Shown here piece by piece: positions 1 through 13,959 of a stretch of 64,000 nt of DNA (positions are counted from its first letter, which is position 1; each line of letters opens with the position of its first letter). Source of the DNA: Octopus vulgaris (Eukaryota); NCBI GenBank assembly GCA_951406725.2, contig OX597822.1, positions 105,276,001 through 105,340,000 on the forward strand. The letters run 5' to 3'. The notes under the pieces are model-generated. The model ran no database searches. It had not been told where the DNA came from and saw nothing but the letters and a program-made list of their open reading frames with translations. Position numbers and translations under genes: made by a program.

Positions 1-890
1 TTCAAACTACTCCAACCTTTCGAATGTCACCCGCGCTGTATGTGGCCAAGCATTATCCTGATGGAAGAATATCTTTCGTTTGAAGCCAAAGATGGTCGTT
101 TTTCTTCTAGCGTTGACTTAAGCCGTTCATGCTACTCACAGTAGATTTCCTTTGTTACTGTTTGGCTTGAGTTTAAAATTTCAAAGTGGACTAAACCTTT
201 CATATCCCACCAAACAGATAACAACACCTTACGTGGGTGAAGACCTTCAGTGGTCTGGGTTGCCGGTGTTTCTTCTTTCCCTACCCACTGTCTTCGGTGC
301 TTGACATTTTTATAGAGAGCGCATTTCTCGTCCTCAGTCACTATTCGATCCAAGAAAGATTCATTCGTGAAATGTGACAGCATGGAAGACCACACATTCA
401 CACTCTGCGCGCGTTTAGACTCGGAAAGTTTGTGAGGAACACATTGACCCAATTTGCAGACTTTTGCGATGGCACGCAGGTGTCGATGACTAGTTCAATG
501 ACCAAATCTAAGTTTCGCTGCTAGTTACGATGGGATTTTGTTCCACCTGGGTCCGCAGGACGTCCTTGTCAAACTCTACAGATCATCCAGAACGTGGTTC
601 GTCTTCTAGCCTGTAGTTTCCGGCTCGAAATTCCTCGAACCACCGCTGACACTGGCTTACACTTATCCGATCCCCATATACTGCATTAATATTCTTCGCA
701 CTTTCCGTTGCGCTATTGCCTTTATTGAATTCATAAAGCAAAATAACCTCCTTTGTCACTTCCATTATAGCTTTGAAAAGATAACTGTTAAAATCGAACT
801 GCACTCTTGAAAACTTGTACCAAGAATGATTCAAGGTAAAATCACCACCTGATTTTATAGCTAGTTGATGCAGATAGTTTATCCCGTCCT
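1..890 (-). mobile_element. Tc1/mariner (mariner-type) transposon, degraded transposase, running off the left edge of the window
   Basis: ORF 583-900 has the mariner N-terminal HTH (LLYEFNKGNSATESAKNINAVYG...QRWF...LEDEPRSG). ORF 132-452 has a WVPHEL-like CVPHKL, FLDRIVTEDEK and HPRKVLLSVWWD. An FHQDNAWPH-like motif lies near 40-66. Stops and frameshifts are present. Confidence 0.93.
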
Positions 891-926
891 CCTTTTTCAA
901 TTATATATAATATATGTATATATATT

Positions 927-979
<53 letters not shown>

Positions 980-985
<6 letters not shown>

Positions 986-1240
986 GCTTAGTAAAATAAA
1001 TTACACATACTGAACTCACACTAAAAAAACTTTTTAAAACTATTTCACTTAAAGAAAATCTCTCATATAGTGTTTGCTCAATTCAACTCAATTCAACTTA
1101 CTTTCGTGAGTTGAATTGAGCAAACATATATGAGAGGATTTTCTTTAAGTATTAGAAATAGTTTTAAAAGTTTTTTACTACTATTTCTAATGAGTTCAGT
1201 ATGTGGCAAGTAATTTATTTTACTAACCCTTTTATATAAT
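980..1240. repeat. Long imperfect inverted repeat (hairpin) abutting (TA)n
   Basis: Arm about 980-1090 (taaaggcttagtaaaataaattac...ttgctcaattcaactca) is the reverse complement of arm about 1107-1238 (tgagttgaattgagcaa...gtaatttattttactaacccttt). Confidence 0.85.
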
Positions 1241-1348
1241 GTAATAATTTGAATTCGCCTTAAATGGTCCTTTACATACTGAATACTTGGTGAAATTGAT
1301 TAATAATTAATTAATTTTACCCTCAATTGTTGAAATATATATATATAT

Positions 1349-1390
<42 letters not shown>

Positions 1391-1895
1391 GAATAAATGT
1401 ATTTCAGCAATAGACTATGTGACTGGTTGCCTGCTCCAATAAAGGAGTTTCTTATGAGTATAGCCGGATTAGTTATATCCATATATTGTGAATTGTGTGA
1501 GATAGATAGATAGATGGATTCTAAATGTGCGCGCATTCCAGTCACAAATACAAAAATGTGAAAATCGAAATACATTCACAAGAACACTCTAAGAAGTTTG
1601 TAGCTTGTGCAAATCAATCTCTGATGTATTAGATTTGCTTAAGATATTCCTTTTCTGCAAAGTGAATTACAGATTTTGCTTCCATAGATTTTAATTGTGT
1701 TTCAATAACTTTTAAGTTAACCTAGATTTTATATTTACCCCTCCCGAATCAACATGGTTTTTAGAAATAGTACAGTTCTCGCAGTTTTAGTTAGAAGCGT
1801 TTATTTTTCCCAATATTATGAGTTTAGCTGTAACACACATAGCCGTACTTTGACTGAGAACCAAAGAAATTTCGGAGACGGTGAAAATGCTAGTG

Positions 1896-1931
<36 letters not shown>

Positions 1932-2226
1932 CATATATATCGTATACGCCGGAGACTGGGATATTAGAGGCATCTATGTTCCAAACAGCAGAGGTCATTT
2001 GATAATGACAAAACTGACAAAACGCTGACGATAAATGAGAACTTCCAATTAGAACATCTAAATATTAGTGAAAGTAGTCTAAAAATTAAGAATTCAGTCG
2101 CTAGATGAATCAAATCCAAATAAAAGCGTCAGCGGAGTCCGTGATGGTTTGTGAATTTTGTGGGGGTAGTTGTGACATACAGTAGTAAATTAATTTCTAA
2201 ATGTCTTCATAGACATTGTAGATCTC

Positions 2227-2324
<98 letters not shown>

Positions 2325-2337
2325 GATAGATAGATAT

Positions 2338-2379
<42 letters not shown>

Positions 2380-2395
2380 CGTTAACCACTACACC

Positions 2396-2770
2396 AATTT
2401 TTTCTCTCCTTATTTTTCTCTCATTTTTTCTCTCCTTGTTTTTTCTGTGTCCCTTTCTGTAGAAGAGCGTAGGCTCGAAACGTAAAAGACTTTTTCTATT
2501 CCTGAGCGTTATACTAATACATCTGTTTGTTTTGTACACCACCTGTCTTCGTCTTTTGTTTTTTTGGTAAAATCTCCCTATATATATATATATAACGGGA
2601 AGCTTTATGAAAATAGACAAAAGACGAAGGCAGGTGGAAAACAAACAAACAATTGTATTAGTATGGCGCTCAGGAAATATAAATAAAACAAGTCTTTAAC
2701 GTTTCGAGCCTACGCTCTTCAACAGAAAGATACACAGAGAGAAAAAAACACAGAAAGAAGGAGAGAAAAA
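2396..2770. mobile_element. Two inverted copies of a (TA)n-associated Penelope-like terminal-repeat relic, each with a minimal hammerhead-like motif
   Basis: 2396-2579 and 2596-2770 are imperfect reverse complements around (TA)n. Motif CTTT-CTGTAGA-AGAGC-GTAG-GCTC-GAAAC-GTA-AAAG at 2453-2488 (+), with its counterpart at 2693-2730 (-). Confidence 0.7.
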
Positions 2771-4549
2771 GGCACAAGACGTCATGAAACGTGTACAACA
2801 AAACATACGGAGTACGGGGACATGGAATATGAACTATTGAAAATACGAAATGGCCGCCGTTGCAGTTATGCTTAGTATATAGACCTACTCTGTTATGGAC
2901 GACCTTATACTAAACGACAATAACAACAGCAATTGTTTTTGTTGTGGTGCCACAGGGTCTCTGAGTACACTTTAAAGTCTATTCAATCGCTGAAATTTAT
3001 TAGGAATTTTTTGGCATGCTGGAAAGCATGGAAGGATGCATAGAGTCACAGTAATTGCAAGAAATAGCAAATAAATACTCTTATATCCCACATCATCCTC
3101 GTAAAAAAAGGCATGCAAATCCTCGGTTCTCAAAATCCTGGCTGAATTTTGACTGAAATGTTATAATGTTCACGGCTGAATTGCTTAAATCATAGAGTAG
3201 TTGAGCTCCATCAGCATCGACCCATGGCTAAACAACAGCAACGCAATTATAAAGATCAGATATTTGTAGAATACAGATATAATCGATATAATCAATACCC
3301 GTATATGTCTGGTATAGATTTTTTTTTATCATAATCTACTGGACAGAAACGATCTAGGAAGGTTATTAACGTTCTACACAAAAATTGATGCTGCCATATA
3401 TTGTGAAGCAACCTGTGTAACGCCCTGTAATTTTCGCCAAGTGATCACCACCGTGTCTTTTATAAAGTGAATGAATGAAGAAGTGAAAAGAATGAGTGCA
3501 TGATTAAGTGTGTGTGTGTATGTTCTCTTTCTCTTTTAATTTATAGAGGAAATTTTGGCCGGCCACCTACATGCTAGCAAGTTTGTGGAGGAAAGTGTCT
3601 TCTTTTGACCGTCATCCTTAAAAACTTAAGGAGGTCTTGCATATTTTTATAGTCTCAGATATCGCGATCATTTGTAACATATGATTTGTATTGTTTCCCC
3701 AATATCCCCAATTCAGCCATACTTTGCTCCAGACGGGCTGGTATGTATCTTTTTGCTAAACTAATAATACGCATGAAGCTGAAAGAGTATCTTGGGTACT
3801 GGATTTGGAAACCTCTTGTCAATGGTCAACAGATGTCCTCTTTCTCTTGTATTGTCTAACCACACTTGTGTGCAGAGGGCAGCTGATTTCCACAACAGAA
3901 TATATCTTTTCTTCGTGGTTACACACAACGATATTTGGCAGTTTTGTTTTATCTATGCATGTATGCATGAATTTATTTATTTATTATGTTCTAAGTTGTA
4001 TGCCCCAGTCTTACAGAATGGTATTTGAAAAGATACATGTTTTTTTAAGGTACGTTGTAACGGTGATATGACTTATTCTGATAATTTCTATAGTATTACA
4101 AAACTTAAGAGTACAAGCCGACTCTCTAATCGGTTATTCATTAGAGAGATTAAATGTTTTAGAATAATTGGGAAAATTACTATCCTGGTGTGTAAAATAG
4201 ACACGATTTACAAGAATAAAATTTTAAAATCTAGGAGTAAAATTTTAGTTCAATTTTTTTCTTCTTTTCTGTTTCACTTGGTCTCATGATATTATACAAT
4301 ACAACTTGAATATTTCTCTAAATTATCTGGTGACAACATTTCTAAATAATCCAACATTCATTGACCATTATCATCAACACCATTTTTAAACCAATTTATC
4401 AAAAGTATTGTAAATTCACGTGGCTGTGAGGGCTGTGTAGTACCGTCAGCTTTCACTGACAAGCGAGTATTGCTTGCAAACAAGTTCCATACTTTCTGTA
4501 ATTCCCTTAGGTGCCTATGTAGTCGCGAGCAAACATAGGAACACCTCCC

Positions 4550-4591
<42 letters not shown>

Positions 4592-5102
4592 CACACTTGA
4601 ACCAATGGAATATACGGGATGTGGCAGTTGAAAGAAGATGTGTACTCATTTACAGCTAAGTAGAGTGGATCATCGTGAAAGTAAGTTCCTGCTCAAGTGC
4701 GAAACGTACAGCAAGTTTCAATAACTGGACTCACAAATTTATAACAATAGCGGAACAACCTAAACATATGCCTTCATTAAAGCTTCAAGTATGCAATTAA
4801 AATTACTAACATAATAACCATCGATAACATAAAGGAAGCCGTAAACAATTGCTTTGAATTAATAATTGCTAATTTTGTATTGGCAGATTCGTTAGTGCGC
4901 CGAGCAGATTTCTTGTATTTAGTTACACATGGTCTGAATTCAAATTCCCAGGAGCTTTTGTTTTCATCATCCCGAGCGCATGATTCATGAAAGCTCCAGT
5001 CGAATATCAATGCCAATAATCGACGATATCCAACTGCATAATATGGAACTTTCTACTATTACTAATTCTACTCACACTATATAAATATCATGGTTATCTT
5101 AA

Positions 5103-5295
5103 GGGCGGCAAGTTGGCACAATCGTTAGCACGCCGCGCAACATTATTAGCGTTATTCAAAGTGTGCAAGTTCCACCGAGGTTGACTTTGTCTTTCAAACT
5201 TGCAGTAGCGATAAAATAAGTACTAGGCTGGGCCCTAGGTTTGAGGTAATCAACTTACCCGTTTACCCGAATTTGCCAAAATTTGAAATCAATAT
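5103..5295 (+). mobile_element. tRNA-derived SINE family A, degraded copy
   Basis: ggcggcaagttggcacaatcgttagcacgccg...ccgaggttgactttg...gataaaataagtac; homologous to 37733-37963. Confidence 0.75.
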
Positions 5296-5331
5296 TATGC
5301 TTATACTAATATGATATAATAATATAGTTTC

Positions 5332-5383
<52 letters not shown>

Positions 5384-5393
5384 CAGCAGCAGC

Positions 5394-5424
<31 letters not shown>

Positions 5425-5427
5425 ATG

Positions 5428-5635
5428 GTTTCAAATTTCTCCACAAGGGCAGCCATTTTGGGGGACGAGATAAGTCAATTATATCGACCCTAGTGTTTCA
5501 CTGCCAGTTAATATATCGACACCGAAAGGATGAAAGGCAAAGTTGGCCTTGATGGAATTCGAACTCAGAACGTAAGCACGGACAAAATACCGCTAAGCAT
5601 ATCGTCCAGTGCGCTTAAGATTCTGCCAGCTCGTC
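5428..5635 (-). mobile_element. SINE family A, diverged copy
   Basis: Reverse complement of the family A head and core (gaaaggatgaaaggcaaagt...gaactcagaacgt...ctgccagctcg). Confidence 0.8.
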
Positions 5636-5733
<98 letters not shown>

Positions 5734-6645
5734 TATAATAACAACAACAATAATGATAATCAATTTATACGAATAATAATCAATTATTATTATATAAATA
5801 TGAAATAAAATAATTGAGGCCTATTTTAGTTTGTAACTGTGAAAATAAGTCAAATTAAATAATTAACCCCTATATTAAAAACTACGATGCATAAGAAAAC
5901 GTAAAATATTTATTCTAGAAACAAACAAACCATAATATATAACAGCTAAACCATAAGAGGTTCACTTGATTGATTATCACACGGCTACTCACAAACATTT
6001 TGCAGCTTCTGGCCACAAGCATGCAGTCTGTTCTCTTTGCTTTTTCGAGTGATACTACAAAAGAATTTGCTCCTTTGAATGGGCTGGTCTCATACTACGG
6101 CAACTCAGGTAGCCCTGCCCAATTTGTCTCTCCTCGAGCAATTACTGTTCTCAGGCTCCGAAGTGAACAATACTTAGTTCACAGAACGTCGCCTCTCTTG
6201 AAATCCCTCCCTGCGCATATGTTTCATGTTTCCTGCAGTTCTTGACCTCGAAAGGTATAAATACAAATTGCAGGATCATTGCTGTTTTTTTCCAGGTGAG
6301 GTAAATAAAATACAGATACCGATGATGTTTCCTTCATGAAAATAGGTAAACTCATTGTTAGACCTGTCTTTTGTTTGTTTTTGCATGGTAATTGGCCAAA
6401 CTGGAGCATAGCCTGCAAGTCTTTTCTGTCATCACATCGATCCTAGTAGTACGCTCCATTAACCACATAATTTACAGAATACCACGTTTGATTTTAGACA
6501 CAGCACAGGGACTTTACATGGGTAAACATAGCAATATCACGCCCAGACGTTAAAAAAAAAATAACTACGCACATACGCGAACAATGATACAAATACATAC
6601 ATAATTACGTACATATGCATATATATATTATCTATTTATATATGT

Positions 6646-6878
6646 ATTTCTTTACTACCCACAAGGGGCTAAACACAGAGGGGATAAACAAGGACAGACA
6701 AACGGATTAAGTCGATTACATCGACCCCAGTGCGTAACTGGTACTTAATTTATCGACCCCGAAAGGATGAAAGGCAAAGTCGACCTCGGCGGAATTTGAA
6801 CTCAGAACGTAACGGCAGACGAAATACGGCTACGCATTTCGCCCGGCGTGCTAACGTTTCTGCCAGCTCGCCGCCTTA
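6646..6878 (-). mobile_element. SINE family A, full-length young copy with TSD
   Basis: Near-identical to 37733-37963 in reverse. Flanked by the direct repeat ATCTATTTATATATGT (6630-6645 and 6879-6894). Confidence 0.92.
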
Positions 6879-7067
6879 ATCTATTTATATATGTGTGTGA
6901 ATGTATGTATACAAACACACAAACTCCTCAAGATAATATGAAATTGTAATATTTTCACCGATTTCAATGTCATGATTATCGGAACGCGAAACCGGTGGGT
7001 TATCATAATATTCTATCCTTTAAAATATATGTAAAATATATCAATTGTGTGCACTATGCACTTTCCT

Positions 7068-7138
<71 letters not shown>

Positions 7139-7729
7139 TACATACATACATACATACATACATACATACATACATACATACATACATACATACATACGTA
7201 CATATATATATATATATATATGTGCGATGGGATTGAACCTGGACAGCGTGGTTCCGAAGGGAACATTTTATACCCATAGTAACATCTGCACCTTCGGTCT
7301 ATCTCAGTAAATATTCATATACAACTAAATTTAAGCCCATATTTTCGTTATTAATTTCAGTTTATATAAACCCTTAAACGGTCGCGTCATGTATTACACT
7401 TCAGGATGTTCCGAAGTAGAGATTTATGACAAATTTTGTCATGATTAACTTTTCATCCGCTGCTGTTGCTGCTGCAACACATGGTGGTGGTGGTGGCGGT
7501 AGCGGTGGTGGTGGTAGCGGTGGTGATGATGATTAAGTAGAGAAGGAGGAGAAGGAGGAGTATTGGTAAGAAACGAAATTTCAAAAACCTACATATTCCC
7601 CTTTATTATTTGTAGTAATGATTACTAAACTAGAATATAACCATGAGTATAGGCCTGCTCATACTATAATAATCCCTGTGCATAAATATATTCGAATATT
7701 GGATTGATCGCAGCACAAACAATGCCACA

Positions 7730-7769
7730 ATATGTATATGTATGTATGTACGTATGTATGTATGTATGT

Positions 7770-7812
<43 letters not shown>

Positions 7813-7901
7813 GTGTGTGTGTGTGTGTGTGTGTGTTTGTATATATATATGTGTGTGTATATATGTATATATACATATATATACATATGTATATATGTAT
7901 G

Positions 7902-7938
<37 letters not shown>

Positions 7939-8058
7939 GTATATATATATGTACATATATACATATGTATATATGTATGTATATATATATATGTATATAT
8001 ATATATACCTATATATATATATATACATACATATATACATATATATATATGTATATAT

Positions 8059-8107
<49 letters not shown>

Positions 8108-8205
8108 ACATATATACATATATATACATGTATATATACATACATATATATGTATATATATATATGTATGTATATATACATGTATATATATGTATATATG
8201 TTGTG

Positions 8206-8236
<31 letters not shown>

Positions 8237-8896
8237 CTATATATGTATATATACATATATATATGTATATATGTATGTATATATATATATAGGTATATAT
8301 ATATATGTATGTATATATACATGTATATATATGTATATATATGTATATATATATATATATATATATTCTTTTACATTTTTCACTCATTCGACTGGGGACA
8401 TGCTGGAGCATCGCCTTAAATGGTTTTAGTGGAAAGAATTGACGCCAGGACTTATTCTTTGTAAGTCCAGTACTTACTCAATAGGTATCTTTTGCCGAAC
8501 CGCTAAGTTGCGGGAACCTAAGCACACCGGTGGGGGTGGGGGACAAACGCAGGCACACAAACACACTTATATACATATATATATAAACGAGAGGCTTCTT
8601 TCAGTTTCCGTTTACCAAATCAACAAACAAGGCTTTGGTCAGCCCGAGTCTATAGAGGAAAATGTTTGCCCAAGGTGTACATATACATATGTAAGTATAT
8701 ATACATTCATACATACATACATACATACACACACATATATATATATATATGTATATATACACATACATATATTTATACACACACATATATATATGCATGT
8801 ATATATACATATATGCATATATATATGCATATATATATATATATATGTACATATATATATATGTATATATACACACACATATATATATATATACAC

Positions 8897-8929
<33 letters not shown>

Positions 8930-8954
8930 TAGATATATACAAATATATATATGC

Positions 8955-8999
<45 letters not shown>

Positions 9000-9195
9000 T
9001 ATACATGTATACACACACACACACACATATATATATATACATATATATATTGATAGATAAATAGATAGATAGATAGATAGATAGATAGGGAGAGAGAGAG
9101 ACATAGCAATGTATCTATATGTGTGTGTGTGTGTATATATATATATACGTCTGTTATTATATATACACCAGCGCACGCACACGCACATACACATA
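7730..9195. repeat. Compound microsatellite field (TA/TG/TATG/TAGA) with an embedded SINE C copy
   Basis: Visible simple repeats; source of the spurious YIYI ORFs. Confidence 0.97.
8366..8677 (-). mobile_element. SINE family C (composite tRNA/CORE-like), partial
   Basis: catgctggagcatcgcc...cttttgccgaaccgctaagt...ttcagtttccg...ttgcccaaggtg; homologous to 55600-56010. Confidence 0.85.
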
Positions 9196-9998
9196 TTGGT
9201 AGTATTTCGTAATAGTAAAACTGTCGCAGCCTACCACACCTATCAACAAACTTGATTCACTGATTGCGAAGAGTTTGTTTCGCGGCTACAATTTCGACGA
9301 AAACAAACGTGTAAACCTCTAGTGGTTGCAAATAATAGCTTAAACTGCTTCACACTTTTGTCTTAATTACCTAGCAGTAGTACAAATATATACCATTGAC
9401 GTGTTGCTATGCAATGTCCTTTTTCCACTGTCGATAGTCACGTGAGCTTTTTCTGCCAGTCACTCACTGAGAAATTAACATTCCTGCCGCCAGTGTCATT
9501 AACGGTAGCCCAGCTTTTCCTAAAATTGATTATTGATCACGCCCGTGGATATATTGATCATAGTTTAATGTTCGCTTATAACAGTACCGTTTCGAAAAGA
9601 ATTCAATCTCCTATTTGTCACATTGCCAATAGAAGCATTTTTACCAATCTTTTAATGTTTCTTTTTATTATTTTATGGTTTAGATTTAAGATTTTCTTTG
9701 TTGTTCTTGATTTCACTCATTTCGTTTGTGTTTTACATTGTTTTTTAAGGTGTTTATTTAATATTATATATTTTTTTTTTGTTTTATACATTTCTATATC
9801 CTTTATTAACAGAAATAATCCTAGTTTTTGTGTTTTGTTTATTTCTTCCAGTTCTTGCTGCCTTGTTATTATTGTGCGTTATATAAACAGTAAAAATGAT
9901 AGCATCATAGTGTCGACAAATAAAAGCAAAACACACAGAGCTACAAACACAGATACATAAATGTATGTATACATATATATATATCACGCACAAACACT

Positions 9999-10042
<44 letters not shown>

Positions 10043-10159
10043 ACGTACATAATATATATATATATATGTGTGTTAGTATATATATATATATGTGTGTGTG
10101 TGTATATATATATGTATATATACATAAATATATGTATTTATATATATATATTTGTATAT

Positions 10160-10191
<32 letters not shown>

Positions 10192-10208
10192 TTACATATA
10201 TATGTATA

Positions 10209-10239
<31 letters not shown>

Positions 10240-10317
10240 ATATATATATATATATATATTTACATATGTATGTGTATATATATCTATCTATATCTATATA
10301 TATATATATATATGCAA

Positions 10318-10362
<45 letters not shown>

Positions 10363-10564
10363 CATCCGTACATCCATCCATATATCCATACATACATACA
10401 CACACACACATATATGTGTATATATATATATATATATATACAGAATACGGGGGTCTATTTGGATCCATTTTAGGTTTCCGATTTAGCAGATATACATTTG
10501 TGAAAGAGGACAAGAAACGCCGATTCACAACAAGTCATATACATTAGTTTGTATTATTCTTACA

Positions 10565-11027
10565 TTAGATGATGTCTTGCAGCTGTTTCTGGGATATCCC
10601 AAGTGCTAGGCAAATATGCCTGAATATGGGGTATTCCGTTATCAGAGACAAGTAGAGAACACATGACAGATCTAGACATGGAAAATTCGCAGGTAGTAGG
10701 TAATGAAATAGAAGAGAAGACAGCAAGGAAATAAGGAAATAAAGTTCACAGTTCATTTTTCAGAGTGTATAGATGTTAATCCGTATGTTCTTAGCTAAAA
10801 TCCAAGGTAAATCCAAACAGTATCACGGCGAAGTATGAATAGTGTGTTCACAGCATAAGTATGCAAGCAATATTTTGGCAGAAATAGGAATGGTATGTAT
10901 GTTCATATTGCGATTGCTGTTTTGTGAGAGAATGACCATAGAATTGGCTATGGCAGAATACCCCCTATTCAGGCATACTCGTCTATCACTCGGGATATCA
11001 CCGAAACAGCTGTAAGACCTCGTCTGA
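10565..11027. mobile_element. Inverted repeat pair carrying a hammerhead-like motif (Penelope-type terminal repeat relic)
   Basis: 10565-10640 is the reverse complement of about 10950-11027. Minus copy reads gtct-CTGATAA-...-GAAA-CAGCT-GCA-agac; plus copy ends GAAA-CAGCT-GTA-agac. Confidence 0.6.
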
Positions 11028-11127
11028 TTTAAGAAAAATCTAAAATAATGTATATGGCTTGAGATGCTTTTTATGCTTCGGCGTTTGAGGTTCTTTTTCA
11101 CAGATATATTCTTTTATTCTGGTGTTC

Positions 11128-11330
11128 CTTTAATTGTTTCAGTCATTGGACTGCAGCTATGCTGGAGCACCACCTTTAGTCGAAGAAATCGACCCCAGGA
11201 CATATTTTGTAAGCCTAGTACTTATTCTATCGATCACTTTTGCCGAGCCACTAAGTTACGGGGACGTAACACACAAATATCGGTTGTCAAACGATGGTGA
11301 GGGGACAAACACCAACACATAAACATATAC
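11128..11330 (-). mobile_element. SINE family C, 3' half
   Basis: tgtttcagtcattggactgcagctatgctggagcacc...cggttgtcaaacgatgg. Confidence 0.85.
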
Positions 11331-11389
11331 ATACATAAATGCATATATATATATAAAATATAAATTAGAGATAACATTTTACTCCCTAA

Positions 11390-11445
<56 letters not shown>

Positions 11446-11451
11446 TATTAT

Positions 11452-11507
<56 letters not shown>

Positions 11508-11533
11508 TTGTGTGTGTGTATGTGTGTGTTTGT

Positions 11534-11611
<78 letters not shown>

Positions 11612-11899
11612 AATCACATTCCATATTTTGTGACCGTTAATGCGGTTTCGATTCTGACTTCATTTCCGCAAAGAGATTCACCAAGAATCGTAAATTTCTT
11701 GCTTCTGCTAACTAGCACCAAAACAGAATATGAACATTGTACTTCTTGAAAGACTGAGTAATTCATGTTATATCTGCAAGTCTTCGTTCTTTAAAGCAAA
11801 ATACAAGAATATTACGTGTGTGTGCATGTATGTATATATATATATATACCCACATACATATATATACATATTTTCATACATATTCATATGTATGTATGC

Positions 11900-11957
<58 letters not shown>

Positions 11958-12747
11958 GTGTGCGTATGTAACTTTGTAGGTGCAATTCCATGGTCATTCA
12001 TGACCGAAGGGGTCACAATATGTTTGTATGTATGTATGTATGTATGTATGTATTTATGTATGTATTTGTGTGTTCGTGCATGTGAGACACTATGTGCATT
12101 CCAGGCCACAGCACAGCATGTATCAACTCATTAGGCAATCAGTCTACCTGAGACTATATTAGAAATGATTTGTCCAAGATATGAAGATGCGCTTGAAAAT
12201 TTCTAGTAGCAGCGGTAACACAATTTTAATGGAGGCGTGTGGATATTTCCACGGTTTTGCGTTGTAGTGCTTATCGGTGACAATCAGAAACGAGAAGTAC
12301 ACAGAAGAGGCAGAGAGACACAGCGAAACCTGGATGCATATTGGAAGCCTAAACACAGGAACACGTGAAGAGAGAATTAGGCAATTACAAAAAAAAACAT
12401 GAAAGAAAAAAGGAAAAGGAAATGGCGCGAAGCGGAAAGATGGCTGATCCTCTGTTGTGTCACAGATACTCTGACACTCCTACTACAAATTTTCAAGTTG
12501 CGAAGATGTTTTAATCTGTTCAATGTGTGAACGTGTGTATTTGTGTGTGTGTGTGTATGTTTGTGTGTGCTCGTTTTTGCGTCACTGTGTGTATCGTGAA
12601 TATATTTGTTTGTGCATCACTAATGGGACTCCAATCCCGTCTTTCATTTGCATACCACTGCATGTGTTGTAATTGTTCTTGCTGCTGCTGTTTTACTCCA
12701 GCACGCCATTATATATTTTTTAAATATGTTAACGCCTGTTCAAATTA

Positions 12748-13312
12748 TTGAGTTGTACGGAGAGTTCGTGTCAATTTTTAAAGGAAAGATAAAGTTCAAT
12801 AAATACTTGCCATTACATTTTTAATCAACCAAATATGAACCATTTTGTTAAACAATGCGTCTCCATATTTCCTTTAACTTGAAAATACTCTTCTCCCAGA
12901 ATTGAGGTGGTTTCATGGCAAAGAATTCATCAAGGTATCTTTTTACGTCATCCAAAGAATTGAAATTTTTACCATTAAGACTATTTTGCAGAGTCCTAAT
13001 TAAGTGGAAGCCCGAAGGAGAAATATTTGGTGAATATGGAAGGTGGGGTAACCCATCCCAGCCGAGCTGCAGCAATGTTTGTCTGGTTCCCAAAGCATCA
13101 ATTGCCGAAAATGAACTTTCTTATCTTCCATTTTAAAGGGTACAGAATTAACACAGGTTATTGGAACATAAACCTTCTTCCTCGAAAAGATAGGTTAAAC
13201 TATGCTCTAAATGGAGGTGTAATCAAATCCTATTTTATGGACTCAACCATGTTTTAAAATAAGTCGAAAGGTAAGCTACTATAAACCGGCACGAACTTTC
13301 CGGACAACCCAA
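12748..13312 (-). mobile_element. Internally deleted mariner element with TIRs and TA target duplication
   Basis: Left TIR TTGAGTTGTACGGAGAGTTCGTGTC; right TIR (reverse complement) TTGGGTTGTCCGGAAAGTTCGTGCC; TA on both sides. ORF 12848-13093 encodes the transposase C-terminus (LPHLPYSPNISPSGFHLIRTLQNSLNGKNF...). Confidence 0.93.
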
Positions 13313-13884
13313 TAATTTGCGTTGCTTGTAATCAACGAGCGACAGTTACCTCGTATTCTTCTCGAGTTTGTGGCAGGCTGAACACTAAATAATTATTTTG
13401 CGTGTTGAACCTTCTCTGATGTGACGCGCATGCTTAATGATTCTTTTGATGTCAATCATTACTTGTAAACCTTAGCTTCATTGGTTGGTGTTGTATAACG
13501 ATCCAATTAATGATTCATTGCATTGACAAAGGAGAGAGCGACATTAGAATGACGAGAAGTCTTTAAATTTGAGCGGAAACCATGGGGTATTCTGTTTTCA
13601 GAAAGCCGCATTTTATCAGATGTTCTCAAAGATGAACACATCGAGGGAAGAATACATGTGTGTGTGTTTCTGTGTAACGCGGTATAAATAATACTCAGTA
13701 AATAGTTTTCTTTTATTAGAGCAAATTTGGATTACAGTGGTCGTTACAGGCGTATAGACACACAGACTCACACACTGTATGTTTTAACTCTTATTTCTAG
13801 CAATAATGGTGCTGACTAGTGCCCTCAGTCACTTTAATGACATATTTTTGCCTTTCGGTTGTAAAATTGCGAACAAGCCACCTC

Positions 13885-13938
<54 letters not shown>

Positions 13939-13959
13939 ACACATATATATATATATATA

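Noticed and set aside
5970-6460. GC-richer unique-looking segment, possibly coding
   Set aside because: No long frame is recognisable in the translations checked; probably an unidentified TE relic.
7630-9194. Long ORFs of up to 250 aa (YIYI/HTHT-rich); similar ones at 9961-10547, 24660-25161 and 33759-34488
   Set aside because: They are translations of (TA)n/(TG)n microsatellites, which lack stop codons; there is no coding signal.
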